From Tricharina praecox (taxonomy: Eukaryota): DNA of 64,000 nucleotides. How positions within the stretch are numbered: position 1 is the first letter of the stretch; every line of letters starts with the position of its first letter. Where the stretch lies: the NCBI RefSeq assembly GCF_024521635.1, contig NW_026250405.1, forward strand, positions 1,302,001 through 1,366,000, in the 5' to 3' direction. The position numbers and the translations under genes were made by a program. The notes below the pieces were generated by a model, which did no database searches, was not told where the DNA came from, and saw only the letters and a list, made by a program, of their open reading frames with translations. Positions 36,858 to 50,480 of the stretch are shown one piece after another.

Positions 36858-39661
36858 ATGACTTCGTGAGCATCAAACTTTCCCTCCCTCCCGCGCATAG
36901 TATCGTCTCTGACCAACATTCATTGTAGCGCGCCTATACTTGACGTAACTTATACTCCACACACTCGATTGCCGGCGACTGACGAAGTCCTAGATCCCAT
37001 TCCGCCAGTCGAGTCCTCTCGAGCTTGCCAACGCCGTACAGCAATACATATCTACCAAATATGACCAACACCCGGACATGTTCTCGGCGGACCTCGCGGC
37101 GATCGACCAACTACGTGCCGACGCGATCAATGTCCAAGAACCCCACCAGAGCGGTATCCGGAAGCTCGCCGAGTACGCAGCACAGCTCCAGTGGATCGGC
37201 GGAAAGTTCCCAATAGACATCGGCGCCGATTTCACCTGGTATCCGGCCCTGGGCTACAACACCAGCAAACCCGTGACACAGAACAACCTACAATTCGAAC
37301 GCGCAAACACCCTGTACAATCTTGCTTCTCTATACTCGCAGCTGGCAACTACCTCGCGCCGCGGCGCATCCGCTGCTGGCGTGAAAACGGCGTGTAACTA
37401 CTACTGCGCTGCCGCCGGAGTCCTGAAATACCTGCGCGAATCCGTCATACCCGAGCTCCGCAGCACACCGCCCGAGGACATGGACGCGATGACGCTAGCA
37501 TGTCTGGAACAGCTGATGCTGGCGCAAGCGCAGGAGTGCTTCTGGCTCAAGGCGGTGCAGGATAAAAATAAGGATTCAGTGGTTGCTCGGCTTGCAGCCA
37601 GTGTGTCGGACTACTTTGATGCTGCGGCCGAGTTTGGGACGAAGTCGTCGAGTGTCCGCTCAGAGTGGATTCATCATATGAACGCCAAACATTACCATTT
37701 TGCGGCGGCGGCTCAGTACAGACAGGCTTGCGATTGCTTGGAGAGGTCGAAGTACGGCGAGGAGGTGGCGAGGCTGAAGGACTCCCTGGATTGCACCAAT
37801 GAAGCACTCGCACAGGGACGGTATCTGAACAAGCAGGTCTTGGGAGATCTGATGGAATTGAAGGAGAAAGTTACGAGTGTGCTGAAGGGCGCGGAGAAAG
37901 ACAATGACATGATTTATCTATGTAATTCTACATGCTGCGGGGAACTGGCAAACGTGATGGCTGACGGAGTTAGGTCTGGTGCCACCGGCAGCATCACTTC
38001 CGAGAATATCTAGAGCTTCGATGGTGTCTTCGAAGATACCTAAGGAGGTTTCGGAAGGCACCAGTATGCTCTCGGATACAGGTCCTTATGGAGCACCACT
38101 GTTTGCGAAGCTCGTACCATTTGCCGTGCATGTTGCCGCCAATATATACGCTGAAAGGCGAGACCGGCTGGTCAACAACACCATAATCGACGAGCTGGAG
38201 TCTCTCACAGCGAAGCTCCACGAGTAAGCATTCCCTACATCGATGTGTCGAAGGGTAGCTAACGAACCGTCGTAGCGTATTACAATCCCTAAACCTTCCT
38301 GGGTCCCTACAGGCACTGGAGAAGCCGCTTGGTCTTCCTCCCGGGATCGTAGCACACGCGGAGGAGGTCCGGCAGCAAGGCGGTGTCGAAAAGCTGCTCG
38401 CCTCAATCCGCGACATCGACAAGCTCCGCAGCAACAACATAGGCATGCACCAAGAAGCCAGCGATCTTCTCCAAACCGAAGCATCCGAAGACGAAAAGCT
38501 GCGTGCGAAGCACGGTACAGATCGCTGGAACCGGCAGCCGTCCAAGGTCGCGGCGGCAAAGTTGGCGCAGCAAGTTCAGGAATACAAGGGCTACCTCGAA
38601 AGCGCTGGAGACTCGGATAGACTGGTGCGCGGAAGACTCGTCGAGTTTGAGTCAGTCATGAGATTGCTTGGGGGCGAAATCCATGACCTAGAGGAGTATG
38701 TGCCTAACTCCTCGCGAGCCACGTTAACGCCGAGGGTCGATCGTGAGGTTGGGAAGCTGCGACAGTGCATGAACGAGGTATCGAGGCTCGAGTCTCGCCG
38801 TCGGAGAAAGGTGGAGGCCCTGCGGCAGAAGGCTAAGGCAGATGATATCAGTAAGTCTCTTCATTTCTCGTCCTTTGTTTGCGTTTGATGAAGTACTGAC
38901 AGAAAACAGCCACTGCCATCCTCGCTGAAACAGGCCGTCTGGAACGAGAAAACCCACTGCGAAAGGTCGAAGCAGCCGATTTCGAGCCGCTGTTCAACAG
39001 CCGTCTCGAAACACGCTACAACACTGACAAACAGCTCCTCGCGCAGGAGTCCTCGGAGCAAGAAGAGCTAATCCAGCGACTCCGCGAAGCAAACTCGTCG
39101 TTCCTAGCATGCAGACGGATGGACTCCTCACTAGCGGAGCGCGAGACGGCGATCCAGACGCTCGAGAACGGCCACTTCAAGTACAAAGAGCTGATGGGCA
39201 ACCTCGACGGCGGGCGCAAATTCTACAACGACCTTGCAAAGCACCTCGGCCGGCTACGGGACGAGTGCAAACATTTTGTCTACCAGCGACGCGTCGAGGC
39301 GGGCCAGCTCGAGGTGTGAGTACTTGCTAACCTATTTCACATGTCAGGTTTGCGTTGCGTTAGGAAATGACTGGCTGATGACGCCGCATATATATATAGT
39401 GGGATCACCACCTCGTTGCACAATATGCGTATCTCAACTCCGCTCGGCAACCCTCCACCCCAGCAGCTACCCCCGCAACTACTTCACCACCAGCAGCAGC
39501 AGCAGCAACAGACCCCGCAGACCCCGATGCCGCAGCAGCAGCCGAGGCCAGCCCGGAGCGTACCAGCAACTCCTCTGCAGCCCGTCGTGCCGACGCCGGG
39601 ATTGTGGAAAGGTGACTCCAGCACTCCACTACGGTTCGGTGGGCCGCCGCCCGCTCGATAA
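36858..39661 (+). CDS. palA: pH-response regulator PalA/Rim20 (BRO1 and V domains)
   Basis: Exons 36858(or 36849)-36865, 36929-36944, 36994-37921, 37974-38223, 38276-38850, 38910-39315, 39400-39661. Motifs: IPFR, YISTKYDQHPDMF, QLQWIGGKFPID, FTWYPALGY, LMLAQAQECFW, YGEEVARL, KDNDMIY, SLNLPGSLQALEKP and GRKFYNDL. Confidence 0.94.
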
Positions 39662-42600
39662 GACATCGGCCTTGTTTGTTTGTTTGTTTGTTTGTTTAAT
39701 CATCGTTATCGGGGAACACGAGTGATGGTTTGTGATATCACATCGTAGATGGATGGATGATGCGGAGGAAGAATCCGAGAAGCAGAAGGATGTCAAAAAA
39801 AATGCAACCCAAATTCCCATAATCTATGCATACTTCTTCTCTAGAGTAGGTAGATAGACTGTTGCTGAAGAAAGAAGAGGAGAGAAGAGAATTAAGTTTC
39901 CCTTTCCTTTCTACATAGGTGTTCTATATTCAAACCGTTTTGTTTTTACATATCATACGCGCAAGACACGATTGCATGATTGCATGATTGATTGAATATG
40001 ATCGTCATTAGGTACTCGTCTCGTCCCACCCCCATCTTACTTGCACATGTGAAACTGAAACTGAAACGAACCCACCCAAACAAAAAAAAACTACTCAACC
40101 AGCCCAACCGAACAATCGTCCCTTCCGCCCGTCGACCCGCCTTGCCGCTTTTTTTCTCTTTCTCCACGATTAGGGATTCTCGGCAGTACATACATCAAGG
40201 GTAGAGTAGTGTAGATACGATCGAAATCGGGCCATTCATTCGTTTCGTTTCAGTCCCGGGTTAGTTGTGGGTCGCAAGTTTGTCGATCGATTTGTTCTTT
40301 TTTTTTGTGTTTGTTTGTTTGTATGATAGGTATTCTCCCCAGTGCCGGTGTTTGTTTGTACCTAGTGGTGGTTTGCAAGTGCAATTTAGGCGTGGAGGTG
40401 GAGGGGGGGGGGTGTAGGGTTGCGAGCGAGCGATCGAGGAAAAGGATGGATTATGAGTGGGTTGCCTGCCGAGATGCGATGTCAAGATGGCGTGCATATC
40501 GCTTGGTAACTAGGGGGGGTGGTCCCGGAACAATACGGCGCGGATGGTGTGTGGCGTCCCCTTCCTTGGTGATGAATCATGGATGATTGGAGTCGAGTCT
40601 CGCTTTGCGCGGAGAGGTGGTAATGCTTATCCGGTGCGGTGGCCTATGGACGGAGGGACGAGACAAGGAACGAGCGGTGAGAAAGAGAGACAGGAACGGA
40701 GGAAGGGAGGAGGGTGGGGGGGAGGGAGGGGGAGTAGCGAATGACAGTGGTAGATATCGGCTCCTGTCCGGTCTCGCGTGGCAATGGGGGTTTATGCGCT
40801 CTTCGGATGTCGACTTTGGATGGACGTGGACACTGGGCGTGCTAATGTTGCTCTAGTACGTAGTTTTAAGGTGCTCGAGGTGCTTGCTGTGATGTTTAGA
40901 GAAGACACATACATACGTCTCCGGTCTGCCGGTGGCTGCTGTCCATGTCGGGTCTCGGAGGACAGATAACTGCTCCAAACATATGAGTGGATAGAGTGTG
41001 TAGGTACTCTAGAGTGGCCGTCGTCAGACGTGCCTGCCTCTTGTCCACGGCTACAGCTGCTCTTCCTCGCGACTCCGAACCCAACCCGGTATGCAAATGA
41101 GATTCGGTCCAAAGAGTGGAGGCGTCACCGCCACCGGCCTCTCCTTTGAGCCAGGAGGAGAGTTCCATCTCATGCCATGCACGGCGGGCGCCCTGTCCTC
41201 AAGGCGTTTATTTTCTTTTCCATGCACGTTTGAGCCGAGGGAATATAGATTGGGTATGAATGTATGAATGTATGTAGATAGATAGGGAGCTGTAGAGTAT
41301 GTATAGTAGTAGTGAGAAGTTGCCCAGTGCGGAGGAGAGGCTGTCCGGTGTCTCAAGATGGTGATATCACAAAAAACGCGAACCACTTGCTCACCACCCA
41401 ATCCACGCGTTGCCGGGGCTGCACCGTACTGTAGAAGCAGAATTGAGTCTGTACCGTACTTAGAGTGCTCCGCCTACACTCCATGTAGCTCGCAGCTGCT
41501 GCGCGCCTCGAGCGTGTGTGCTGCACGCAGGCAGAGATGAGGCAGGGGTGGGTCGATCGGGAGTCGACAGTACGATCGGACGGGTCGCGAGAGGGTGTTG
41601 TGTTTTGGGAGCAGATTGTTCTGGTTTTATATGTGGGTAGCGATGGAGGGGTGACTTTTCCTTGCGGGGTTGCTTGGTTGTGAGCTATGGGTTTGTGAGC
41701 TGCTCGTCTTGCTGAAGCTGGCCCGAGAGGGGAGGAGGAGGAGAGGACAAAACGTCATTTCTCGCTAACCACATGAAGTGGTAATCAATCTGTCTCACTG
41801 TCAGTCAGTCGGTCTGTCTGTCTTTCTACGGTATCTGTCTGTCTGTCCTTTCTCTGAAGGTCGCGTTGTTCTGACCTCTCAATCTCAATACGTATATTAG
41901 GGTTGGGGTAGAGCGGTGTGAGTGTGGTGTGCGGTGATCACTGTGGTCGGGAATGTTGATGGCGGTGGCGGTGGTGTCGATGGTGGTGGTCTTGGTGGTG
42001 GTCTTGGTGGTGGAGGAGGTGGGGGTGGGGGTGGTGGTAAAGTCGGCTGTTCGAGGTGGGATGGTTGGTGGAGTGAGTGGTCGTGTGGTTCTGCGGCGGC
42101 GACGACCGAGAGCTCTCTCCAAAGCTCCTCTGATCGTTGTTGTTGTGCTTCTCCATCTTATCTTATCTTATCTTATCAATCCGATCGATTGTAAGTCGCC
42201 TCTTCCGGCGACCAAGTTCGTGACCGGTGCCGTCAACAAGAGCAAAGACGGCAGAGACAACCAGCCCAGTCACCGTCGTCCGCCCAATCATCCCCAACTC
42301 CTCCGCACAACACTCTCGTCACCCACCTCGACTCCTCTTTCTGCTGCTCTGCTGCTCCGCTTCTCTCCCACATCCACCGGTACGATTTCTCCAAATTCCC
42401 CTCCCCCAAAGACCAAAATACGACCTATCTCTTCTGTCTGTCCATCTCCCTACCTACCTGACCACCACCCGTCGAAAGAACTACATCATCGTCATTCATC
42501 CGCAGCATAATCCCCGACCACTTGCTTCGCACAAACATCCCTACCTAGCCCGTCCCCTCTCCACACACACAAACATCCCTCGTCGTACATGCTCCTACCC

Positions 42601-42978
42601 GACCTAGGTGTACATCCCTAAGTGAAGACACACTACTACTACCTACCGCTGCTGCTGCCGCTGCTGCTCCGCTGCTACCGCTACCACCGAGCACTCAGCA
42701 CTCATTCACTTACCTTACCCACTTTGCTTCTTCATTAAAAAATCCTCAACTCACTCAAAGTCAAAGGTTCGCCGAAAGAAAGAAAAAAAAGTCGTTTATA
42801 ACCCCCCCCGCGCACCCCCAACCAAGGCCCACAAGAACACATCCCCGATTCCCTACAATCGCCCCGATCCCCCTCTGTTCTGCCTGCCTGTCAGTCCCTA
42901 GAAACAAAGCAGCGACATACATCCTACATACCTTAGCATCATCAACCGACAGCTACCTCTTCCTCATCATCATCAGCA

Positions 42979-43521
42979 ATGCTTCTCTCACCTTCATCCC
43001 CCGTCGAGCGCCGCGCCGCTGTGGCAACTGGTGTCTCGTCCGTCTCGACCACGCAGACATCCCCGAATTTGCAGCCGTCGCTTCGTTCCCCCGATGGCAC
43101 GTTGCGGCTGCGCGGAGGGCCGATCGAGGATCGCCGTGTACGATGGGATCAAGACGTCGTGGACAACGAAGGCATGGGAAAGAAATCATCAAAAGGTATG
43201 CACCCTCTCCTACTCCCCCCTCCCCACACTTCACACCCCAGACCACATACCCGCGATCGCGATCACGACTGACACGTTGTCTTAGTCTGCTGCATCTACG
43301 CACGCCCCCGAGCCTACGACGAGAGCTCGAGCGAAGAGGACTCCAGCAGCGACGAGAGCAGTAGCGACGAGAGCGACGACAGTGCAAATCACAATCATCA
43401 CAACCACAACCACAGTCGTTGCGGCGGACGCGGACACGGCCACAAGAAAGCCAGTGTTCGACGCAAGAACGCCTACGAGAAGATGCCAAAACCTAGTTCC
43501 GGCCTGAAGAGGCAGACATAG
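42979..43521 (+). CDS. YPI1: PP1 inhibitor-3 / Ypi1 (PPP1R11)
   Basis: Exons 42979-43195 and 43286-43521. Motifs: [32 protein letters not shown], acidic Ser tract and NAYEKMP. Confidence 0.93.
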
Positions 43522-44782
43522 TCGGACGGGAAGATTCGATGGGATCTGGTGATCCGGGTTAAGACTGCTCTATACTAGAAGCTGGAAATATGGAGTGTTT
43601 CTTTCTTTCTTTCATTTCTTCGGTTCAGGTTCGGGTTTGGGTTTTTTCGGGATACCTCTTTTTTTTCTTTCTTTTTTTTCTTTCTTCATGGGATTGCTTT
43701 CTAGGGGTATCACATCATCATTGGGCTGGCTTTGTTTCTTTGGGTTCCTTTTTATTCTTGCTTGCTTGGGTCTTTGCGAGCTTGGTTTGCAGGTATCGCA
43801 TTCGCTCTTTATTCTTAGGAGTGATTCGTTCTCCACACAGAATGTCGTTCTCATGTATCGATTTTTACCATATGGTGTTCCATCTATGTTTCTCTCGTCC
43901 GGAGTTCTCCGTATTGTGAGAGCAGCAATTCGCGAAGAAAGAAAAAGAAAGAAGGAAAAAAACTCTAATTCTCGAAAAAGATAATGTGATTCCTCCCGAC
44001 TCGCATTACAGTTTCCCCATACTTTTTCTAGTGTACAATTACATAGTGTAGTTCCATCATGGTCACGTCCAAACATCGTCATGTCGGCTTCTACCATAGC
44101 TGTCTGCATTGTGCAAGCCCCCCTTTAAACCTGCATCCGAAAATGTGGGGGGGTCGGCGTGGGTCGTATGTCAGCGTGGGAGGGATGGGGGGGGCAAGGT
44201 GAGGGATGGGTGAGGGGGGTTGGTTATATATTTCTTCCCCACTTGCACGCACGAAACGTCCAGCGTCCACCGTCCAGTGTCGGCGTCCAGCGTCAGCGTC
44301 CGAGAACTTCCTGTGTGCCTCTCTACATACCACCACCTCCGGGATTGCGTCCTTCGGAAAAACTATCCCCCTGGGGGCTCCACAGGGGGGCACGAAACAG
44401 GGCCACGAAACAGGACAGGAACGGAACAAGAACACGAAACAAAGCAAAACCCGAACCCGCGAAAAGCGAGTGTGTCCGTCCATGTGTGTGTGTGTGGTAT
44501 CTACCGTAGATTCCCACTACCACTGGATACATTATTTTTTCTCCCCTTCCCTTTCGGATTTTTTTTTCTTTTGAAGGAGGGGGGGATGGTATGGGTTAAC
44601 CGGGGATTGGGGACGTTGTTCGACGACGACAGTGGACGACGGAGGACGGAGGGTGGGAGGGACGTGGTTGGACGCTGGTTGGACGGTATACATGCCTAAT
44701 CTCCAGGCAATGGGAGGTGCCGTACGCAGCTGCGTGGGCTGCGTGGGCTGTAAGACGTTGTGCTTGTGCTTGTGGTGATCAC

Positions 44783-44833
44783 TGGTGGTGGTGGTGGTGG
44801 TGGTGGTGGTGGTGGTGGTGGTGGTGGTGGTGG
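44783..44833. repeat. (TGG)~17 microsatellite
   Basis: Directly visible. Confidence 0.93.
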
Positions 44834-46714
44834 AGGTCGTTCCGCCCTCCCCCGACCCCCGACGTTGCCCGACGATTGATGATTGACGGCCTTCAAGGCC
44901 GTGCTGCTGCTGCTGCGTAAGGTACTGTACTGTAGTTACTGTACAGTTACTTATGTGCACTCGTACCGTACATACGAGAGCACATATATACAATGTATGC
45001 AGGCAGACAGCCGGAGTCTCGGAGCTGCCATGTATCGTAGCTTAGCACTACAGTACATATACTCTTACTATGATACCTTCTCCAAATCTCCAACCAACCC
45101 GACAGTCTACCATACCTTAACCCACCGGCCATCCACCGCAGATTGAAATTGATTGAGATTGGCGTCTGCCACCACCCCCACCAGCAGTGCTCGGAAAGTT
45201 CAGCGACGTCTGCAGATATACAGACACTCTAACTAGATACATACTAGATACGTACTACGTCCAGGCGGGTACCGTACTGTACTTCCGCCGGTGGGAGGGG
45301 GAGGGGAGGGGAGGGGAGGGGGGCTGCGCGCATTATCACTTCCCAGGTGTCGTGGTGGTGGTGGTGGTGGTGGTGGTGGTGGTAGTGCTGGTGGTGGTGA
45401 TGGATGCGAGATATCGGTAGTTAAGTTAGCCCCAGTAGTTCCAGTGAGGCGAGAGAAGTGCTCGGATGTGCGTGCATGTAGGTGTGTAGATATATACTAG
45501 GGAGATACTAGAGTAGATACTAGGTACATTATGTAGATACTGCTAGATGCGCCCCACCTAGAGTACCTGCCAGGTGTGCGAGATATGTAGATAGGTGGTT
45601 AACTGCTATGCAGGGCGCGGTTGAACAGATCGGACGTGTGGGTGTGAGATCGGTCTGCAGACGTGCAGATTGATGGTGGGTAAGTAACTATGGGTGGGTG
45701 TGGACGTGGGTGTGGCGGGGCGGGTGGGTGGTGGTGGTGGTGATTTTTGTTGTTTATTCATCGGTGGTGCTGCCGGTGGTGGTGGTGCTGGTAGGGGTGA
45801 GCAACTGTGAAGCTTTATCTTCAACGGGGAATTGCAATTGCCTCACCCTCACATACGGCCCATCCATCCACACACACCGACACACCAACACACCGACACA
45901 CCAACACACCGACCCCAGCGTCCAGCGTCTCAGCACACCCACAGACTTCCCTCACCCACCCCCTCCCACCACCCCTCCCACCACCCCGATCCGTCCATAG
46001 ACCCCCCCACCTCCCCCCGTCGGCGGAAGTCTGGAATCTGCATGCACTTAGGTATGGGCCACCGAAACATAGGCAGGCAAGAGATAAACATAAACAGATC
46101 AATTTCTGTCTATCTGTCTGTCTGCCTGTCTGTCTGTTGGCTGTTGGGAAGTCCGGGACGCCGCTTCCTTCCTTCCATCCTTTCTGCAATGTGTTTTTTG
46201 GAAGAGTTTTCTTTGCCCCCCCCCCCGCCCCCGCGCCGCCGCGCGCCGTCGTCAGCCCGTCCACGTCCTACGTCCCCCCGTCCGCCTGAAGATGATGTGC
46301 GTTGTTCCGGTTGGACAATTAGTGGTGGCTGAAACATATCAATCCCGCCCCAGCTCGGTTGGTTCTCAAGGGAGGGAGGAGGGACATACGAAGGGGGAGC
46401 GGAAGTACGTATGAGGGCTATTCCGTCCCCGTCCCCGTCCCGCCGCCGCCGGACGAGATGTGATATCAATGGGATATTTATGCTATGCATAACATCAGGC
46501 ACAGGCACCAATACAGGGCATCCAATCCCGGAGCTCCTCCGGCTCACTGGCTGGCCCTGGGTTGATTCGACGTCTTTGATTGGATTGGATTGGATTGGAT
46601 TGGAGGGCGTGCTTTGCTTATATACATGATACGGGGCCGTCAGGCCGGCAGGCATGTGCGTACCTATGTGCGTACCTACTACCTAATACCTACTACCTAT
46701 ATAGATGAGCCCGT

Positions 46715-46804
46715 ATCTGCGGACGAAATCTGCGGACGAAATCTGCGGACGAAATCTGCGGACGAAATCTGCGGACGAAATCTGCGGACGAAATCTGCGG
46801 ACGA
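46715..46804. repeat. 13-bp minisatellite (ATCTGCGGACGAA) x~7
   Basis: Perfect tandem copies without spacers. Confidence 0.93.
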
Positions 46805-48844
46805 TACGACGGCTGTCGGGCTGTCTAGCTGTTGACGGTGACAGCTGTCCATCCAATCCAATGGACGTTTCGCGGACGGCCGAGGGGGGGGGGGGGGTGG
46901 GGGTTTCTTTTGCGTCGCACCGGACCGCTTCCGGATCTAGTCCAGATCCACGGATTAGTCGGTCCGGTCCGCGCTGCCGCGCTGCCGCTATGCCGCTATG
47001 CAGCTATGCAGCTATGCGTCTCCGAGGGCGTCCTGGACCCGTTGAGTCTGGAAGGAAGGAAGGAAGGAAGGAAAAAGATAAGCATGCATGAATGCGGTTA
47101 GTGGCGTGCGCGGATTGTAATTTTGTCGGGATTCGGGCGGATGCTAGACAGGCACAGCGGAGCGGAACGTCGCCGCTTCGAGAGATTGTAGAGTACGGAT
47201 GCCGCCCTCTCTGGGCACAAGTGCTAGGTATCCATCCACCTACCGTGAGAGAATTCCTTTTGCCGGTGGTAGTATCGTAACTATCCCTGGGTAGATCCGG
47301 GCATGCAAGAAAGTCAGCCATGAGTAAACATATTCCCGAGTGACGAACTGTGATAGTGACAATTTTTCATGCTTGTCACTCGTTCGGAAGGACGGGGCTG
47401 CGCTGAATTCGATGGGATAGTGGGAGTGGAACCGGATATGTAATACAGTCATGATCATGATCTAGTAAGGTCGAATGATATGATGATTAAACAAAAAAGG
47501 CTCTGAATTCGATAGGCAAGGAACGAGGACGAAGCATCGCCTTCACCGAGTGTTTTCTTTCTTTCTTCAATTCGACTGATAAATAATAGATCAAGGCCCA
47601 CAGGTAGCCAAGATCTAGGTTATCGTTTCTTGCGAGGACGAACTTGTACTGACCCAGGGAAACCAAGCAACTACTACCACAGTCTGTAACGGAGTTTCCA
47701 GCACAGCATTCGAACCTTCTCCGACGTACTCCCATACTCCCAGCAACCAAAAGCGTATGACAATAATAATAATAGGAAACGAAAGCACCCTCCTGATCCC
47801 AAAACATCGCTGCATCGTGTAGCGGGCCGCGGCATTCAATCAAGAACGAGGCCGCGAGAGGACCGATCAGAGATCTTGACAGTCCCCAGGGCAGTCCCCA
47901 GGGCAGTCCCCAGCAGCCTGGCAGTTCGCAAACTTCAAAAACGCAGTGGCTAAGTACATCTAGATAACCGGTAGAATACCCGCCCCGTGCAGCCTGCAGC
48001 TTGCAGGGCGTCCGCGTCCCCGGCCTCGGGAGTCGGAGTAAAGACTAGTACGCACGGGCCACGTGCGAACGTTCGGGTTCCGGGTGCTTGGTGCTCGATG
48101 GCGTGCACCTGCCGTGCCGGACCGGGCCAACACCGAACACGTAGGTAGCCAAGGGTAGGTAACCAAGTACATGCCCAAGTACCCAAGTCCCCCGTGTCAT
48201 GGGCAGGGCCGAAAAATGACACTTGCGGATCTGGATGGGTGTTGTAACTTGTACGTATGTACAAACGAATCACCGGCAACTTCATGGGTATAGGTAGTAG
48301 GCGTATTCTATCCAGGTACCCTAGGCTTTGGTGATGTAAATACGGTACACTCCCTCTTCCCGACCCTATAGGCTGTCTGCACTCCCCATCAGCGGATATG
48401 TAGTGACCTCGCCTCGCCTCGTCTCGCTGGCCCTCCGCCTGACCGGCCACGAAGAAGTAAACATTTCCTCCACCCGAGGATCGTAGGCACACCGAGTCAG
48501 GCGGGATGATGAAATGGAACAGGCTGCAACCACGAGTGATATCCCATGCACCGAGGCATCTTCCCACCACCATTGCCCTCCCCCACCCAACATAGAGTAG
48601 TTACGCCTGATTAGGCACCTGACACTCACCACAAAAAGTGTTTTCCAATCATTCCCGTGTAATTCGTCAGTTCGTCAACCATGGTCTCAGCCTCAGCCCT
48701 ACGTAGTTAGCAGGGGCGTCCATAGAAATAAACCCTGTCAAGTTTTCAGCCGCGTTCCGTTGGTGGGTTTGGTGGTAACCTTACCCATTCGTGTGTGTGG
48801 GGGTTTGGGGGGGTCATTAGATACTGAGCTTCCTTCCCTGTCCT

Positions 48845-50000
48845 ATGCTTACCGTGCCATTTCCACGCTCCCTCGGGTCGCTTCTTCTCCGCCGTCCACG
48901 CCTCACCCAGCGACAGCGACTGCCGTTGTCCCGCGCCCTATCAGCGATATCAGCCATGGCCGACACGCCCGCGTCCTCGGTCTCCTCCTCGACCACGGAT
49001 GCGCACGCATACGAGCCGCGCTACATCGACATCGGGATAAACCTTACGGACCCGATCTTCACGGGGGTGTACCACGGGCGCCAGGTTGGGCCCGCCTCTT
49101 GTCCTACTCGTACCTAGGTAGCTGACGGGTGTACGGGGGGGGTAGGTCCACGCCTCGGACCTTTCCGGAGTGATCTCGCGGGCGCGCGCCACAGGCTGCC
49201 GCAAGCTTCTGGTGACCGGCAGCGACGTGGAGGAGTCGCGCCGGGCGCTGTCACTGGCGGAGGAGCACGCGGGGTACATCTGGGCGACGGCGGGGGTGCA
49301 CCCATGCAGCGCGGGGAAGTTTGGCGACGACGAGGCGGCCGCCGAGAAGTACCTGGAGGAGCTGCAGGAGCTGGCGATGCACGAGGGCGTGGCGGCGTTC
49401 GGCGAGATCGGACTCGACTATGATCGCCTCATGCTGTGTCCTATGGATGTCCAGAGGAAGTGGTTCGCCAGACAGCTGGATGTGGCGGAGATGGTGGGGA
49501 AGCCGCTGTTTCTGCACTCGAGAGCCGCCGCGGAGGATTTCGAGAAGGAGCTGTTCCCCCGTCTGGGAAGGCTCAAGGGCGGAGTTGTGCATAGCTTTAC
49601 GGGCACTGTGGAGGAGCTGCGGAGGCTCGTGGACAAAGGCCTGTATGTGGGAATCAATGGCTGCTCGCTGAAGACGGAGGAGAACCTGGAAGTCGTCAAG
49701 GAGTGTCCCCTAGAGTTCCTTCTGCTGGAGACGGATGGGCCCTGGTGCGAGATCAGACCTAGCCATGCGAGCGCAAAGTTCCTGAAGGGGTTGGACCCAT
49801 TGGTGGGCGCACCGGCGGTGAAGAAGGAAAGGTGGGTGGAGGGAAGGTTGGTCAAGGGAAGGAATGAGCCTGCCGCTATCAGGGACGTGGCTGTCGTCGT
49901 GGCCGCAGTCAAGGGCATTGAAGTTAGAGAGGTGGTTGAGGCGGCGTGGAGAAATACGGTGAAGCTGTTCGGGATGGGAGAGAAGTTGGATGAGCCATAG
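48845..50000 (+). CDS. TatD-family DNase (TATDN1-like); alternative start at 48956
   Basis: Exons 48845-49084 and 49146-50000. Motifs: YIDIGINLTDPIFTGVYHG, TAGVHPC, AFGEIGLDYDR, PLFLHSR, GVVHSFTG, GINGCSLKT, LLETDGPWCEIRPSH and VKGRNEP. Confidence 0.94.
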
Positions 50001-50480
50001 ATGAAATGACGGGATTCGTTCGATAAAAGGTACGGAGAACTACATAGACTATCAATCCGAAGAGAATCGAATTACATAGATACGGCATGAATCACGGCCC
50101 AATAAACCAGTTACTCGGCCACGTCCATCAGGAAATTATGTGTCAGACCATTAGACCAGACAGAACCTGAATCACCGCTTTTTGTTCGGTGACCAGCACC
50201 TACTGAAACAGACGGAGGAACGCTTCGGATTCTAACTCGCTATCCATCACTTTGCACGGCACAACACCGCTACCTGTGACTTTCCCACGTTTAAATCATC
50301 ATTGCTTGCAGAATTCATCAAGAATGTGTAGGCCCCTTCCACACACCACACCAACACCTAAGAAGTATCCACTTGTCTGGCGCAGTAAAACCACAGAAAG
50401 GAGGAAAAAAACACACAGAAAAGAAAGCCGGATTCAAACAGTGCCAACACGAGAAAAAGCCACAGACACCCAGAAATTAC

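Noticed and set aside
41896..41905. CAACCCTAA (minus) as a possible telomerase RNA template
   Set aside because: Not a full TAACCCTAA template; it lies upstream of the nearby TATA, and I see no convincing pseudoknot or CR4/5.
46715..46804. Regular repeats suggestive of CRISPR
   Set aside because: No spacers, eukaryotic context and no cas genes; a simple minisatellite.
47480..47579. ATGATGA..CTGA..CTGA box C/D snoRNA-like pattern
   Set aside because: No terminal stem, and I cannot identify rRNA or snRNA complementarity; a snoscan run would be needed.
48060..48143. Nested short stems (GTTCGG/CCGAAC etc.)
   Set aside because: Stems of 5-6 bp are expected by chance in GC-rich DNA, with no supporting promoter or terminator.
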